Source: Strigamia acuminata (taxonomy: Eukaryota). Taken from it: 64,000 nt of DNA. Of the stretch, positions 23,104 to 34,558 are shown one piece after another. A program made the translations under genes and the position numbers. A model generated the notes under the pieces. It ran no database searches, was not told the origin of the DNA, and saw only the letters and a program-made list of their open reading frames with translations. Position 1 is the stretch's first letter. Every line of letters starts with the position of its first letter. The stretch covers positions 31,620,001-31,684,000 of the forward strand of contig OX442314.1 of the NCBI GenBank assembly GCA_949358305.1, read 5' to 3'.

Positions 23104-23385
23104 TCAAACTGTTGCATCGATGTTCCAATTCAGTCCGATTGAAAGGAGCTTTAACCAAATGAGCTCGCGTACGCCCTCGGTCAATGCCAACAGCTCACTT
23201 TCCGTACTCGACATCGGGACGATCGCCTGCTTTTGGCACTTACAATTCACGATTGATTTTCCATCAAGTGTGATAAATCCCGAAAATGACCGTGCGTTCG
23301 ATGTTCGGTCCCAACTCGCGTCCGAGTAACCGTGAATGTCGCTCTCTTCTCTTCCGTAGCTGAGTTTGTATTCCATCGTCCCCTT
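23104..23385 (-). mobile_element. Ty1/Copia RNase H fragment
   Basis: GYSDASW..ARSFSGFI..KQAIVPMSSTESELLALTEGVRELIWLK. Confidence 0.88.
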
Positions 23386-24248
23386 CGGGTATTTCCCACA
23401 TGGGCTCACTTGGACCTTATCTCGGACCTCTTACTTGTACTTCGATCGTAACTCATGAATTTTAGAAGAGATTGTTTCAACAATTAATGATCTCGGGGTT
23501 CCGGGAAATCTTATCGGCGTTGCAACTGCAATATTGAAGAGAGTAAAATCATTGTGGTAAGACGAATGGCGTCGGCACGTCGTAAGGATTGTGGCCCTTT
23601 GTCGACATCTTTCTCTCTCAGCTTTTGAGGCGGCTGTATGGGTTGATTGGTTGTTTTCTTCCGAACAATAAATTTCAATTCCTTCAAAAACTTCCAAAGT
23701 TTTTCTCTGTAAATGAAAATTGTAATTAATTATTAAGAATAATTACACAATTGATGGTAAACGTGTAAATGTGCATCTGGTTTTATTTAAGCAGTTGGTG
23801 TCGATGACCCGTGTAGAAATGTAATTTCATCCACATCGTTAGATGATTCTTAAAGAGGAAGATTTTTTTTTAATCTATCGAAATAAATAGACCTCTCATA
23901 TACCTATTACTTGTGCGTTGAAGACCAAAAGCTCTTCTGGATTGCCTTTGGCATGATCGTTTGTTATATTTTGTAATGATTCTATCTGATTTTTGAGAGA
24001 TTGACACTCCCATGTCTTTTTCATCCATGTCTGCAGACTTGGGTGGCCACGCTATTTTGGCAAAGGAGAAGATAACTAAGTAATTTCGGATGGTGGGGCT
24101 TCTTTCAAGTGTTTAGTGTACATAATTTCGTTGCATTTAAGAAATTACACATTAAATAAATGCCAGAACGCACATGGTTATATGATAAGCAATTTGAATA
24201 CCGAAAAAACATTTAGCAACAAAATTATTTACAGCAAGAAAGAGAACC

Positions 24249-25370
24249 TTACTTTTCACTCTTCTTGGACTTTGAAGATTTCTTGTAAGCATTGTGCTCT
24301 GAGTCTTCTATACTGGTCCACAGATTCTCAACCTGGGACTCTGTGAGGAACTTGTCTGCATCAAGGGTGATGTTACATTCCTGATACTCTTCCTGCACAG
24401 TGATCACATTACGGAGAGTTCATAAAAGCCTTTGGTCATGGCTTCCCTCTTTTTGATAAAAGGAATAGTAAGTGCTGCAATCTTCATGGTTATTTCCTTT
24501 GATCTCGTGGAACTAAGGTTGACACTTAGGGCTCTTATTCTAGCAAAACAATCAGTTGAAAAGTTTGGATAATCAGATATTCCCGCATGCATCATTTTGC
24601 TATCATTCATGATCGCAAAAGCCATCATCAAACAATGCAAACCTGTGTCATACTTATACAGCTCACAAAATCTCATTCTGGGAATTTCACACATGTACGA
24701 ATGTATCATGGATGTTATCGGGTTGCCAAACTCCCCAAAGGTTTTGATGATTTTGAACCCTGCCGTAGTCAATGTCTTCCATCCCACACTCAAACCGAGA
24801 GATGTATGCATTTCTTTTTCAGCCATGATTTGGGCTATATACTTTGCAAAGGCAGTACACACTCTTGTGGCAGTGGGGTTGGCATCTGTGATCTTTGCTG
24901 ATACTTTTGGAAAAACGACATCATTGTATGACAGGGTGATTTTTGTCCTTCTGAGATTTGCCCTCTTTGCTTTGTCTGCCCCTATTTCGATCAGTTTCAA
25001 CTAAATCATTCTCTTGGCCAGATTACTGTCTAGCCCAGTATATCATTCTGATCCAAACCAGCGACTTGAGAATATGGTAGACTATAATCTTTGGCAATGA
25101 CCACAGTTGGAGTTGATGTGTTTTCCGTATAAATGTCTTCAGCAGCAATGATCCTCAGCATGTTACTGTTATTCGCGTTTTGGGCCTTGTCACTGGGTGC
25201 ACCTGGAACAGTATTGAGACGATTTTTGCAGTTAATTATTCGAGTTCCAATTATTCCAATTTTTGTGTAGCAGTCCTCCATACTAGCAAATTTGTTATTA
25301 TCTGCAGAACTGTGCAGTCAATTTCAGGATGGGTTTCCAAATACTTAAAAAATGTGGACTTGCATGATGA
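24249..25370 (-). pseudogene. Probable non-retroviral endogenous viral element: bunyavirus-like nucleoprotein
   Basis: Intronless, CpG-poor ~350-codon gene broken by frameshifts and stops; ADKAKRANLRR..VVFP..ITDANPTATRVCTAFAKYIAQIM recalls the core helix of bunyaviral N proteins. Confidence 0.45.
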
Positions 25371-25569
25371 CTGAAATAATACACAAAACATTTCAGTTAG
25401 TTTGTGCCCAAACAAAAAGCATTTCGAAATAAAACATGTGAAGTGATGACCGAGTGATGGGTGTTTTCCTTAAAATTATTGTAGTTGTCCATAACATCAA
25501 TACCCTAACTTCTTTGTAACTGTTTAGCCATGCTTAATCAGTTTAAATGTAAGTGTTGCCTGTGGATCT

Positions 25570-25965
25570 AATATCTCAATGTCATGGATCCGTCGGTACA
25601 CCTGACTGCCAGAGGGCGTGACATATGTAAAACAGGAGGCGTAAAGTTTTGAAAATAATGGTTCTTCACTTTCATTATTACCATATGATTCTACGGATGG
25701 GACATGTTTTGAATTCTTTCGATGTGAAGCAGCTTCGCTTCCGTTATACCACGAGTGGTGATGTCGGCGAAATACGTATTGCCGATTTTAATTTGCTTGG
25801 AGCCGTTCCCGACTTTGTCCTGCTGTATGAATGTCTTTACAATGTTCGGCCAGATCTTCACAAACAAAGCCCAAGAGGCTTCATCGAAAGCAAATCCGTT
25901 TGGTGTCGGCTGGAGCTCTCTGCTTCTTTTTTTCGGCACATAGTGGCAGATGTGCGCCTTCACCC
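25570..25965 (-). pseudogene. PC4-like ssDNA-binding domain gene G4, copy 1
   Basis: AHICHYVPKKRSRELQPTPNGFAFDEASWALFVKIWPNI resembles PC4 IREY..EMKPGRKGISL..EQW..L...I; the 3' part is duplicated at ~17685-17855. Confidence 0.45.
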
Positions 25966-26649
25966 ACCCCTTAGTAGATATCGTCGGCTAAGTGGTTGAG
26001 GTGTGGCTGCTGCGAATTACAAGCCATTGTTGTCTTAATAAAAAATGAGTGCTCTGCGTCCCCATTGCAAGAAACAGTGGTAGTGAAAGGTGTGGCTACA
26101 ATTTAATTCAGCCACTTGTTCATCCTTCTTCATATTAAATTGACAGACACAGCAATCTTCAGTAGAGATGAGAAACTATTAAAATAAAAATGTAATTATT
26201 GTAAAATATTATTTTTAAGTTTGCATAAAGGTTAATGTGTTTCCTGTGTGTTAGCATTTCCACTTTGGTAAAAAAATTCTCTCAATTTCTGTAAATTTTG
26301 TCATTTTATTTGACATTTCAAAAAAAATTGTATATTACATAAAGGTTAAAGTGAATTTTACATAAAAAGAAAAGAAGAATAGAATAAAAAAAATTACATT
26401 TTAATCAGAAAAATCACGGATTACGAGAGAGTCCTCGCTCAATTGCAAGATGTTAACTGGACGCTCCGAAATGGGTCCATTGAACGTCGGAAGGTTGTGG
26501 GCATTCTGCAACTCGTCATATGATCTCGCATAACTGACCGGGTTGAGGGCGAAGGCGCAAGGGATGTGTGTCATCCACAGTTTGGTATCTTTCTCATGGA
26601 GCATGTACACCCTTTCCCAGGCCGCGTCCCACACATCGCAGCGGATGTG

Positions 26650-27620
26650 ATACGCAGGGTGGAGACCTTTCTACTGCCCAAACCACAGCGAGACACTCTA
26701 ATTCTGGGGTGGTGTAGCGAACTTCCGCACCTTTAAGAACTCTACTTGCATAAGGCACGGGTTTTAACACTTTCTTACTCTTGAACTCTACCTCCTGAAT
26801 CAGGGACGGCACCAAGCCCGACATGGCTGGCGCCTGTCTGAATCACAAAAGGCTTAGCTAGCTCGGGGCGCAATAAACAACGATCATTCATCAACTTCTC
26901 TTTCAATTTTTTGAATGCCTCAGGTTGCGCTGTTCCCCATTCAAAAGGCAAATCCTTACGCGTTAAAGAAGAAAGTGGGTGGCTTATTGTTGCATAATTT
27001 GGGACAAATTTGCCTTGATAACCTGTCATACCCAGAAACCTCTGGACTTCTTTCACGTTGTTAGGGCGTGGAAAACTATCAATTGCTAGAAGCTTAAGGG
27101 TGTCAGCTTTTGTACCTTCTCTTGTGATCATAAACCTTAAGAATCTTAACTCAGTCTGCCCAAACCTAGATTTCGCCATACACACAGTTAGGCCGGCATC
27201 TCTTAATAACTTTAACACTTTTTTAATGTGCTGCAAGTGCTCCTCCCACGTCTTTGAATAAATTATAATGTCGTCGAGATAGACTAGGGCAAATTCTCCG
27301 GCGACGGGGGCGAGAATATTCTCCATTAAATTCTGGAACGTGACTGGGGCGTTGGCACAAACCAAAGGGCATGCGTTTAAAGTGATACTTACCCATTGGG
27401 GTATAAAAAGCAGTTAGGGATTTGCTTTCATTACTCATAGAAACCTGGTAATAACCTTTTACTAAGTCCATAGAGGTGAAAAACTTGGAATCACCTAGAT
27501 ACATTAGAATCATGTGTACATCTGGCATGGCTCCCGTATCGAGCTCGGTGGCTGCGTTGATCAAGCGGTAGTCGATGCAGAGACGATATGAGCCATCGGG
27601 TTTGGAAACAATTAAGGGAT
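26650..27620 (-). mobile_element. Gypsy RT-RNase H fragment (family distinct from A/B/C), frameshifted
   Basis: [61 protein letters not shown]. Confidence 0.92.
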
Positions 27621-27766
27621 GGAGATGTAAGGGCCTTGGTTAGGTTCTGTCTGTCTATGTGTTCTATACTAAACAACAATTTTACATTTCTTTCTTTTTT
27701 TGTAATGATTTAATTTTAAAAATCCAATACAGTGAAATTTTCGATATCTAATTACAGGAGGACAGC

Positions 27767-28051
27767 CTACAAGTCGGCACTGCAACTCAGCTCTGCCCGC
27801 CAAATTATTCTGCGAATTTGAAGATCGGTCATGTTGCTTCGAATTTTTACTGCGATGAAGTGATCATTCTCGTGCTCACCGCACTTGTGGCATACAAACC
27901 CCGTATGCCTTGGCGGTATGGTGTCACGAATCTGCTTACACCATTCTAAAATGGTGAGAAAAAATTGAATTTCTTTTATCAAGTACCTTAAAAAATCTTT
28001 AAATCACTTATCATATTTTTGGAGAAAGGTTACCGCAGTATCGGAGTTCAT
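27767..28051 (-). pseudogene. Unknown gene G2, copy 2
   Basis: MNSDTAVTFLQKY..EWCKQIRDTIPPRHTGFVCHKCGEHENDHFIAVKI; its 3' flank matches that of copy 1. Confidence 0.6.
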
Positions 28052-28719
28052 TTTATGGTTTGATTCGGTTGAAAATCTGGACAATAAGAAACGTGGGACG
28101 TCTTAGATTGCCCCTCTATCACTCATTCTTCTCTTCTCTCTTTTGGTTGAGGAGTTTAACCAAGAAGTGGCTCAGAATATCTGGCTTGTCTGGCTTGATA
28201 TTCTAAGCGATGAATCTCAAACTGGAGACAAGTATCTGGTCTTGAAATCAATACTAAAATTGGGAAATGTTTAGCAGTGATTTGTTTTTTGTTCAAGTGT
28301 TTTCTGTTCAAGTTCTGGAGTCATACTGATTTTACAAAGTTGATTCTCCTTGTGCAGGCAGGATGTAGCATTTTCTGTAACCCTGATTTTCTTAGTTCTC
28401 ACCAGATTCATAGGGGTTACTTCCTAACTGTGATGCCTGGATATTGTTGCAACCCTTTTAGCACTAAATTTCTTTATTACTAAATTCCATAGTTTTAAGG
28501 ATAATCCTTTTATGTAGTAATTTGGGATTACTACAAGAGGAAAAATTTCACAGATGAACACACATTGAATACTTGAGGCAGACTGAAGAACTTTGAGAAG
28601 TTCTACAGTACAGGGGTTGCTATATCCTGTTTACATTAATCAACACAGTCTAAGACAAGCTTTTCAACCAGTGTTATAGGAGTCGGTATAATAGATCTGG
28701 AGCTGTTCTGTAGGCATAC

Positions 28720-28900
28720 TTCACTTGGATTTCACTTAAAAACACTTTTTTCACTTGAATTTCACTTAAAAACACTTTTTTTCACTTTAATTTTACTTAA
28801 AAACACTTTTTCACTTGAATTTCACTTGAAAACACTTTTTTCACTTGAATTTCACTTAAAAACAAAAATTTTCACTTGAATTTCACTTAAAAACACATTT
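28720..28900. repeat. ~29-30-bp tandem repeat (TTCACTTGAATTTCACTTAAAAACACTTTT)
   Basis: About 6 copies are visible. Confidence 0.85.
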
Positions 28901-29074
28901 TTAAAAATTTTACATAATTTTGACACATCAATTTGACAATTGCATAAGGGTTACAAAGTTTGAATGAAGGAAGCAAGTTACTTAGGTTAATCAAAGCTTT
29001 ATTTAACACAATTTCAAATGAAAATTACCAATAATTATTACAATGTTAGAATGAAGGATACAAGAAGTCTTTTT

Positions 29075-29895
29075 GGTTCTTTCACTTTTTCACACAAATT
29101 TTGAAACTTTCATAGGTGTAGTAGTCAAATAACTTCTCTCGTGATGAATGGATTATTCAGCAAACTCTTAGAGTTGAATACTGTTGTATTTAATCAGATT
29201 TTCAAGCATTGCCGGGATCGTAAAGAAGAGTCTTTCACCGATTGGTGGCTGATCTTTGCAACAGAGTCGTGTTCCAATCAAATCCAAGTAGCCTTCTGCA
29301 TCCTCCAAACTGCAAACTGCATTTTGAAATAGGTATAACAGATGGTTCTCATTGATTTTTTCCATCAATAAAATGTAGTTAATTCTACCCCGATCTTCGA
29401 TGATAAATGGTTCATAAAGTCCGAAATTGATACTATTCCTATCCTACCTTTTATTACCGCTAATAAAATTTGAAGTAAGCTTTGGAACATTGACAATGTT
29501 AGGTAGGGATCCGCTTTAACGAAAGAAAGTATCTAATTCTTTTACTCTTGCAAATCCTACCATGATTGAAATCTATTCGAATGCATCTTTGTCAATCACA
29601 CACTCCACTTCATGACATCGGTTTTCTATTCTTGTTATTTGTTTTTCAATGGACTTTTTCATCACTACAATATTTTCGGGTAGGTCGCACGGTTACCTTT
29701 GCTCACAATTGAGGAAATTGATAATGACCTATACATTGGATTTGATTCACTTCATAGAAATCAACCTATTCGTACTCCAGAAATTAAGTTTGGAGTCAAT
29801 TTGTACAAAGAGCAATACACTTACAAGAACTCTAAGCAAATACCAATTTTAACAATTTCTTAAGAAAATCATATATCGCTCGCTTGTTTTTTAAT
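29075..29895 (-). pseudogene. Decayed intronless ORF of unknown (possibly viral) origin
   Basis: A single reading frame of ~250 codons broken only by point stops (..SIEKQITRIENRCHEVECVID..FGLYEPFIIEDRGRINYILLMEKINENHLLYLFQNAVC..); partly duplicated at 9455-9945. Confidence 0.4.
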
Positions 29896-30414
29896 ATATT
29901 ATTTTCAAAATTATTTTTCATTATGTGAAGATTTAATTTCTTTTTTTTTTTATTTGTTCATTTCATTTGCAATATAATGGTACTGGTGTTATGTAAAAAT
30001 TACTAATCTGGGACAAAAAAAATGTAACGCTGGGATATGTCGAAGTAATCTTTGTCATCATCCTTATCAGCACTAGAAGTGGTCGCATTGGGTGTCAGCT
30101 TGGCCTGCTTTACGGTCTGACTTGATCCTGCCTTGGGCGGATGTCTCTGCTTCTTACCGATCTCGGCTTTTTCGAGTTTCTTGATAGAACTGAGAGTTGA
30201 TTTTACAAATTTCTCTTTGTCTTCGTCTTTGGCTTCGTTTGCTTTCTTTTCTTCAAATGCAGCTTCTTCCTCTTCAAACTTTTTCTCTGCTTGCTCTTTA
30301 ACTAGTTGGCAAACACTTCTGTTATGCTTTGACGTAATGAAGTAAGCTTCTTGAATTCGCTGTATTTTAATGTAAATTCTTTTTGGTCAAACTGCAAGCA
30401 AAATAAATTCTCAT

Positions 30415-30730
30415 TTTTTTATGTTTTGAAGATTAAATTTTTGAGTAAAAAATTATTTCGTTTGGTTGATAAAACACGGGTGTGTTTGGGACAACTACGT
30501 CGTACAGCATCCACAGGCTCAAATTCTATTTCCTCATCGGTGTGCACATGTGGGAAACCCCCGCGCTTTCGGCTTTGTCGGTACTGCAGACGGACGCCCT
30601 CTTTATTTCTCCTACAGTCAATGATGAGAAGGGGATTAGGAGGCGATGAGTTTACAATATCCTCCTTGGTTATTTTTGGTATGTCGTATATTGTAACTTC
30701 ACCGACAGTAGGTGTAAACTTTTCCTTTCT
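30415..30730 (-). pseudogene. Unknown gene G1 exon B paralogue
   Basis: PSAVPTKPKARG..DEEIEFEPVDAVRRSCPKHTRVLSTKRNNFLLKNLIFKT. Confidence 0.6.
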
Positions 30731-31189
30731 GCAATTAAATAATAAAAATTTTAATTTAAAACAATAAAAAACAAATTAAAAAACTCACTCAATTGCATCT
30801 AGCGCTTCGTCACACGCTTTCCTTGTGGACATTAGAAATCTTTGTAGAATAGACACCTACTTGAGACTGAGTGGAACCGGAGGAACCGTGAAGTGGGACT
30901 AAATGAAATTGATGTTCCCCAATTACGCATATAAGAGCGCAAGATGCAGGTGTGTTTTGCATTTCATTCATTGCACATCCTGTGTTGTGATTCCAAATGA
31001 AAATAAGATGGAGTAAAATTTCATTTGAATTATAATTATATTTCATAAAGATAGAAAATTTATATGAAATTGAGATAAGGTATATTCATTAAAAACACTG
31101 AAAAATTGAGTTAAAAAATTTCAAAAAAGTTTTACTTCCAAACAGGATAAAACAATTAAATTGTTTACATACATATATGAATGTTTCTT

Positions 31190-31645
31190 ATCTGGCTGTT
31201 TGTCCTCAAATGCCGCTTCTTCTTCTATCATAAACTTTTTTCTGTCAGCTCTTGCTTGAGCTCCAGTTTACGTTTTGGCGGAGCAAAATCAGCTTTTTGA
31301 ATTCAGAAAACTTCAGTGTGACTTCTTTCATATGAAACTGTAAATAAAAAACATTATTTAGTAATCATTCAATAAATTCATTCTTGTGTAATTTACGGCT
31401 CTTCCAATATGGATCAATTTTGCAGCGAAAATTCCGCGCGTAAGAACTTTAAGGAAATAATTATCCTCGAAGTCGATGCAGGCTTCGCCAGATCTTGCTT
31501 TTTCTTGCTCGGCAAATGTTTTCTCGATGGTCCCCCAGATGCTGACAAATGCAGACCACACGAATTGGTCAAAAGCAAGGCCACGCTGAGTGGGTACTAG
31601 CATATCACTCCCATGTGTGATATGTGTATTTCTGTCTGCTTGCAC
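31190..31645 (-). pseudogene. PC4-like gene G4, copy 2 (spliced)
   Basis: LVPTQRGLAFDQFVWSAFVSIWGTIEKTF..TRGIFAAKLIHIGR is homologous to 25691-25963; the downstream exon KEVTLKFSEFKKL has a paralogue at ~30230-30395. Confidence 0.45.
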
Positions 31646-31767
31646 GTATTAAAATTCTTATGATCTGATTTTTCTCGATTAAAAATGTAAATCTTTATTA
31701 AAAAAGCTCAAAAATAATTAATTACAATTTTATTCTACAGGATTTTGTGGGTTATTTAAATCAATTA

Positions 31768-32070
31768 TACCTGTGTTGATAGGCTTTCAAGTACTCGAAC
31801 CAGCGGTTCATTAACGAGTACTGGCCGTGGCCCGACCACCGTCCCAAGCATGGCCATTGCCTTGTGTGCTGCTAGTGCTGCATTTCTCTGGTGAATTATT
31901 ACATCGCCTAGCAACATATCTGCTTCAGTCAGTACAAACAAATTTTCCGCAGTGAGATGGGGATATTTCGGAAGTGGCGGTGCTGGTTCCATCCCGTCCC
32001 CCTGTCCTTCTTGTATTTCAACAGGGTTGGCTACGGCATGCTGTTGCTCGTTGTTTTGTCGATCTCTCAA
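31768..32070 (-). pseudogene. Unknown gene G1 exon A paralogue
   Basis: PKYPHLTAENLFVLTEADMLLGDVIIHQRNAALAAH versus PEYSQLTTEDLFKLTEVDFLLTDVIIYQRNAALAVH at 11610-11730. Confidence 0.65.
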
Positions 32071-32321
32071 TTTGTGATTTACAGGCTTGAAGATTAATTC
32101 ATTTACTTTAGATATATCGTTTTAGAACTGTACACATATATCAATGTAAATATTAATTTTATTTTAATTTTCAAACATTTTTTTTATTTTGTAATTTTTT
32201 TTGATGAATTTTTTTTTTTGTTATAAATAAATTACATTTTATTTTTTAAAAAAGTTATTAAATTTTTTTAAAAATATTCAACTAATATTCAATAATTATA
32301 CCTCTACAATAAGGAAAAACA

Positions 32322-33452
32322 CTATACAATGACACCTTTACAATATGGACAAATTCTTCTTCTGTTTAACCACCGATTTAGACATGCACTGTGAAAAATA
32401 TGACCACACGAAATGGTTGAAATTCTTTCACCGTCCATCATTTGAAATAAACATATTGCACATTCCACTTCGAGTGGATGAGGAAGAATGTTATTAACAA
32501 AGTGTAGTTCTACTGGTTCTGCTACATGATTTACCCCATGCTGTTCCTGTTGCTCCAATTCTTCTAATTCCTGATGATGTTGTTCTTCTAATTCCTGATG
32601 ATGTTGTTCTTCTAATTCCTGATGATGTTGTTCTTCTAATTCCTGATGATGTTGTTCTTCTAATTCCTGATGATGTTGTTCTTCTAATTCCTGATGATGT
32701 TGTTCTTCTAATTCCTGATGATGTTGTTCTTCTAATTCCTGATGATGTTGTTCTTCTAATTCCTGATGATGTTGTTCTTCTAATTCCTGATGATGTTGTT
32801 CTTCTAATTCCTGATGATGTTGTTCTTCTAATTCCTGATGATGTTGTTCTTCTAATTCCTGATGATGTTGTTCTTCTAATTCCTGATGATGTTGTTGTTC
32901 TAATTCCTGATGATGTTGTTCTTCTAATTCCTGATGATGTTGTTGTTCTAATTCCTGATGATGTTGTTGTTCTAATTCCTGATGATGTTGTTCTTCTAAT
33001 TCCTGATGATGTTGTTCTTCTAATTCCTGATGATGTTGTTCTTCTAATTCCTGATGATGTTGTTCTTCTAATTCCTGATGATGTTGTTCTTCTAATTCGT
33101 CATGTTGTTGTGCTATTTCCTGATGGAGATTTTCTTCTAATTGCTCATTTTCTTCTACTAATTGCCGATGTTGTTCTTGTAGTTGCTGTCTTATTTGTTG
33201 TTGATGCAATTGTTGGGCAACACGTCGTTGCTCTCTCCTTTGAATATGTACAGCACGACGTCTGCATCGATTATTAATGTTTAATAATCGATGTTCAATT
33301 GAACGACTTAATCGTCCTAAATGATGCAATATGCCTTGCATACTTTCTATTTCATCGATGGAGTCTTCAGAACTATCCGATGGAATTTGTTGCAACGGTG
33401 GAAGTGGACAATTTCTCCACTGTTCCATGTTGAAATGAAAACAACTAAACAT
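32322..33452 (-). CDS. RING-H2 E3-ligase-like protein with an (ELEEQHHQ)n coiled-coil repeat (G3), ORF intact
   Basis: Complete C3H2C3 motif CAICLFQMMDGERISTISCGHIFHSACLNRWLNRRRICPYCK; intronless 376 aa. Confidence 0.75.
   Translation of the reverse strand: MFSCFHFNMEQWRNCPLPPLQQIPSDSSEDSIDEIESMQGILHHLGRLSRSIEHRLLNINNRCRRRAVHIQRREQRRVAQQLHQQQIRQQLQEQHRQLVEENEQLEENLHQEIAQQHDELEEQHHQELEEQHHQELEEQHHQELEEQHHQELEEQHHQELEQQHHQELEQQHHQELEEQHHQELEQQHHQELEEQHHQELEEQHHQELEEQHHQELEEQHHQELEEQHHQELEEQHHQELEEQHHQELEEQHHQELEEQHHQELEEQHHQELEEQHHQELEEQHHQELEEQHHQELEELEQQEQHGVNHVAEPVELHFVNNILPHPLEVECAICLFQMMDGERISTISCGHIFHSACLNRWLNRRRICPYCKGVIV
32560..33098. repeat. 24-bp coding minisatellite, ~22 copies
   Basis: Unit TTCTAATTCCTGATGATGTTGTT(C/G), nearly homogeneous. 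Confidence 0.97.
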
Positions 33453-33559
33453 TGATTTAATTTATATCTTTTTTTTGTTGGTTCTCCAAGTTAAAAAAGA
33501 AAAAAAAAAATTTATTTTTTTTTTTTTGTAAAGATTTTAAAATTCAAATACAGTGGATT

Positions 33560-33852
33560 TTTTCATTACATCACAATTCAGCTCTGCTCGTCTGATTCTT
33601 CTTTGAATTTGGTTATCGATCAGATTGCATCTGATCTTAACGCAGATGTAATGGCTGTTTTCATGTTCGCCACATATCAGGCAAACACATCCAATTTCTC
33701 CTGGGTGTAACTCATTGCGGATCTTTTTACACCGTTCTAAAACGGCGTGAAAAAATTGAATTATTTATCAATTCATTTAATAAAAAAAAAAAAAAAAATT
33801 TAAATCACTTACCAATTTTTTGGGCAAAAGTCAATGCCGATTCTGCGTTCAT
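33560..33852 (-). pseudogene. Unknown gene G2, copy 3
   Basis: MNAESALTFAQKI|gtaagt..tttag|ERCKKIRNELHPGEIGCVCLICGEHENSHYICVKI..QIQRRIRRAE. Confidence 0.6.
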
Positions 33853-33974
33853 TTTTTGTGACTGTTGTGCTTGAAATTCTGAACGATATGAAACGTCCGT
33901 GGATATGTAATCAATTTAAAATGTATTTCCTGTCGGTGCTACAATCTGACACTACAATTTATTAATAGCATACC

Positions 33975-34005
<31 letters not shown>

Positions 34006-34097
34006 CAATTTTCTACAAATCAAATATTTTAATGAAAAAAATTGTTAATTTTACTTGTTATTAAATTTAAAAAGTTTTATTTCATGTTTTTCTTTGT

Positions 34098-34358
34098 TTA
34101 TTTTTTTGTAAAAATTAAGTTTTTGCGGAGTATCTCGCTTCGGCGGGTTGATAACGCCCGTTTCAGTGATGGGCAGCTTCGCCGCAAAGCGTCCATCCTT
34201 TCAAACGCCATTTCTTCTTCGCTCGCTGTCGGGAACGTCCCCGGTTCACGTGCTTTGGCCGGTTTCGGCGGCGGCGCAGGCGGGGCCACTCCTGCTTCGG
34301 TTTTCCACGGCGCAGGATGCTTTGCTTTCTCACTCACGTCCGTTGGTAGCGGTGGTGG
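34098..34358 (-). pseudogene. Unknown gene G1 exon B paralogue, cut by the assembly gap
   Basis: PPAPPPKPAKAREPGTFPTASEEEMAFERMDALRRSCPSLKRALSTRRSEILRKNLIFTKK. Confidence 0.6.
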
Positions 34359-34558
34359 NNNNNNNNNNNNNNNNNNNNNNNNNNNNNNNNNNNNNNNNNN
34401 NNNNNNNNNNNNNNNNNNNNNNNNNNNNNNNNNNNNNNNNNNNNNNNNNNNNNNNNNNNNNNNNNNNNNNNNNNNNNNNNNNNNNNNNNNNNNNNNNNNN
34501 NNNNNNNNNNNNNNNNNNNNNNNNNNNNNNNNNNNNNNNNNNNNNNNNNNNNNNNNNN
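34359..34558. other. Assembly gap (200 N)
   Basis: Run of N. Confidence 1.

Noticed and set aside
32560..33098. CRISPR-like array
   Set aside because: Head-to-tail 24-bp units with no spacers; eukaryotic coding minisatellite.
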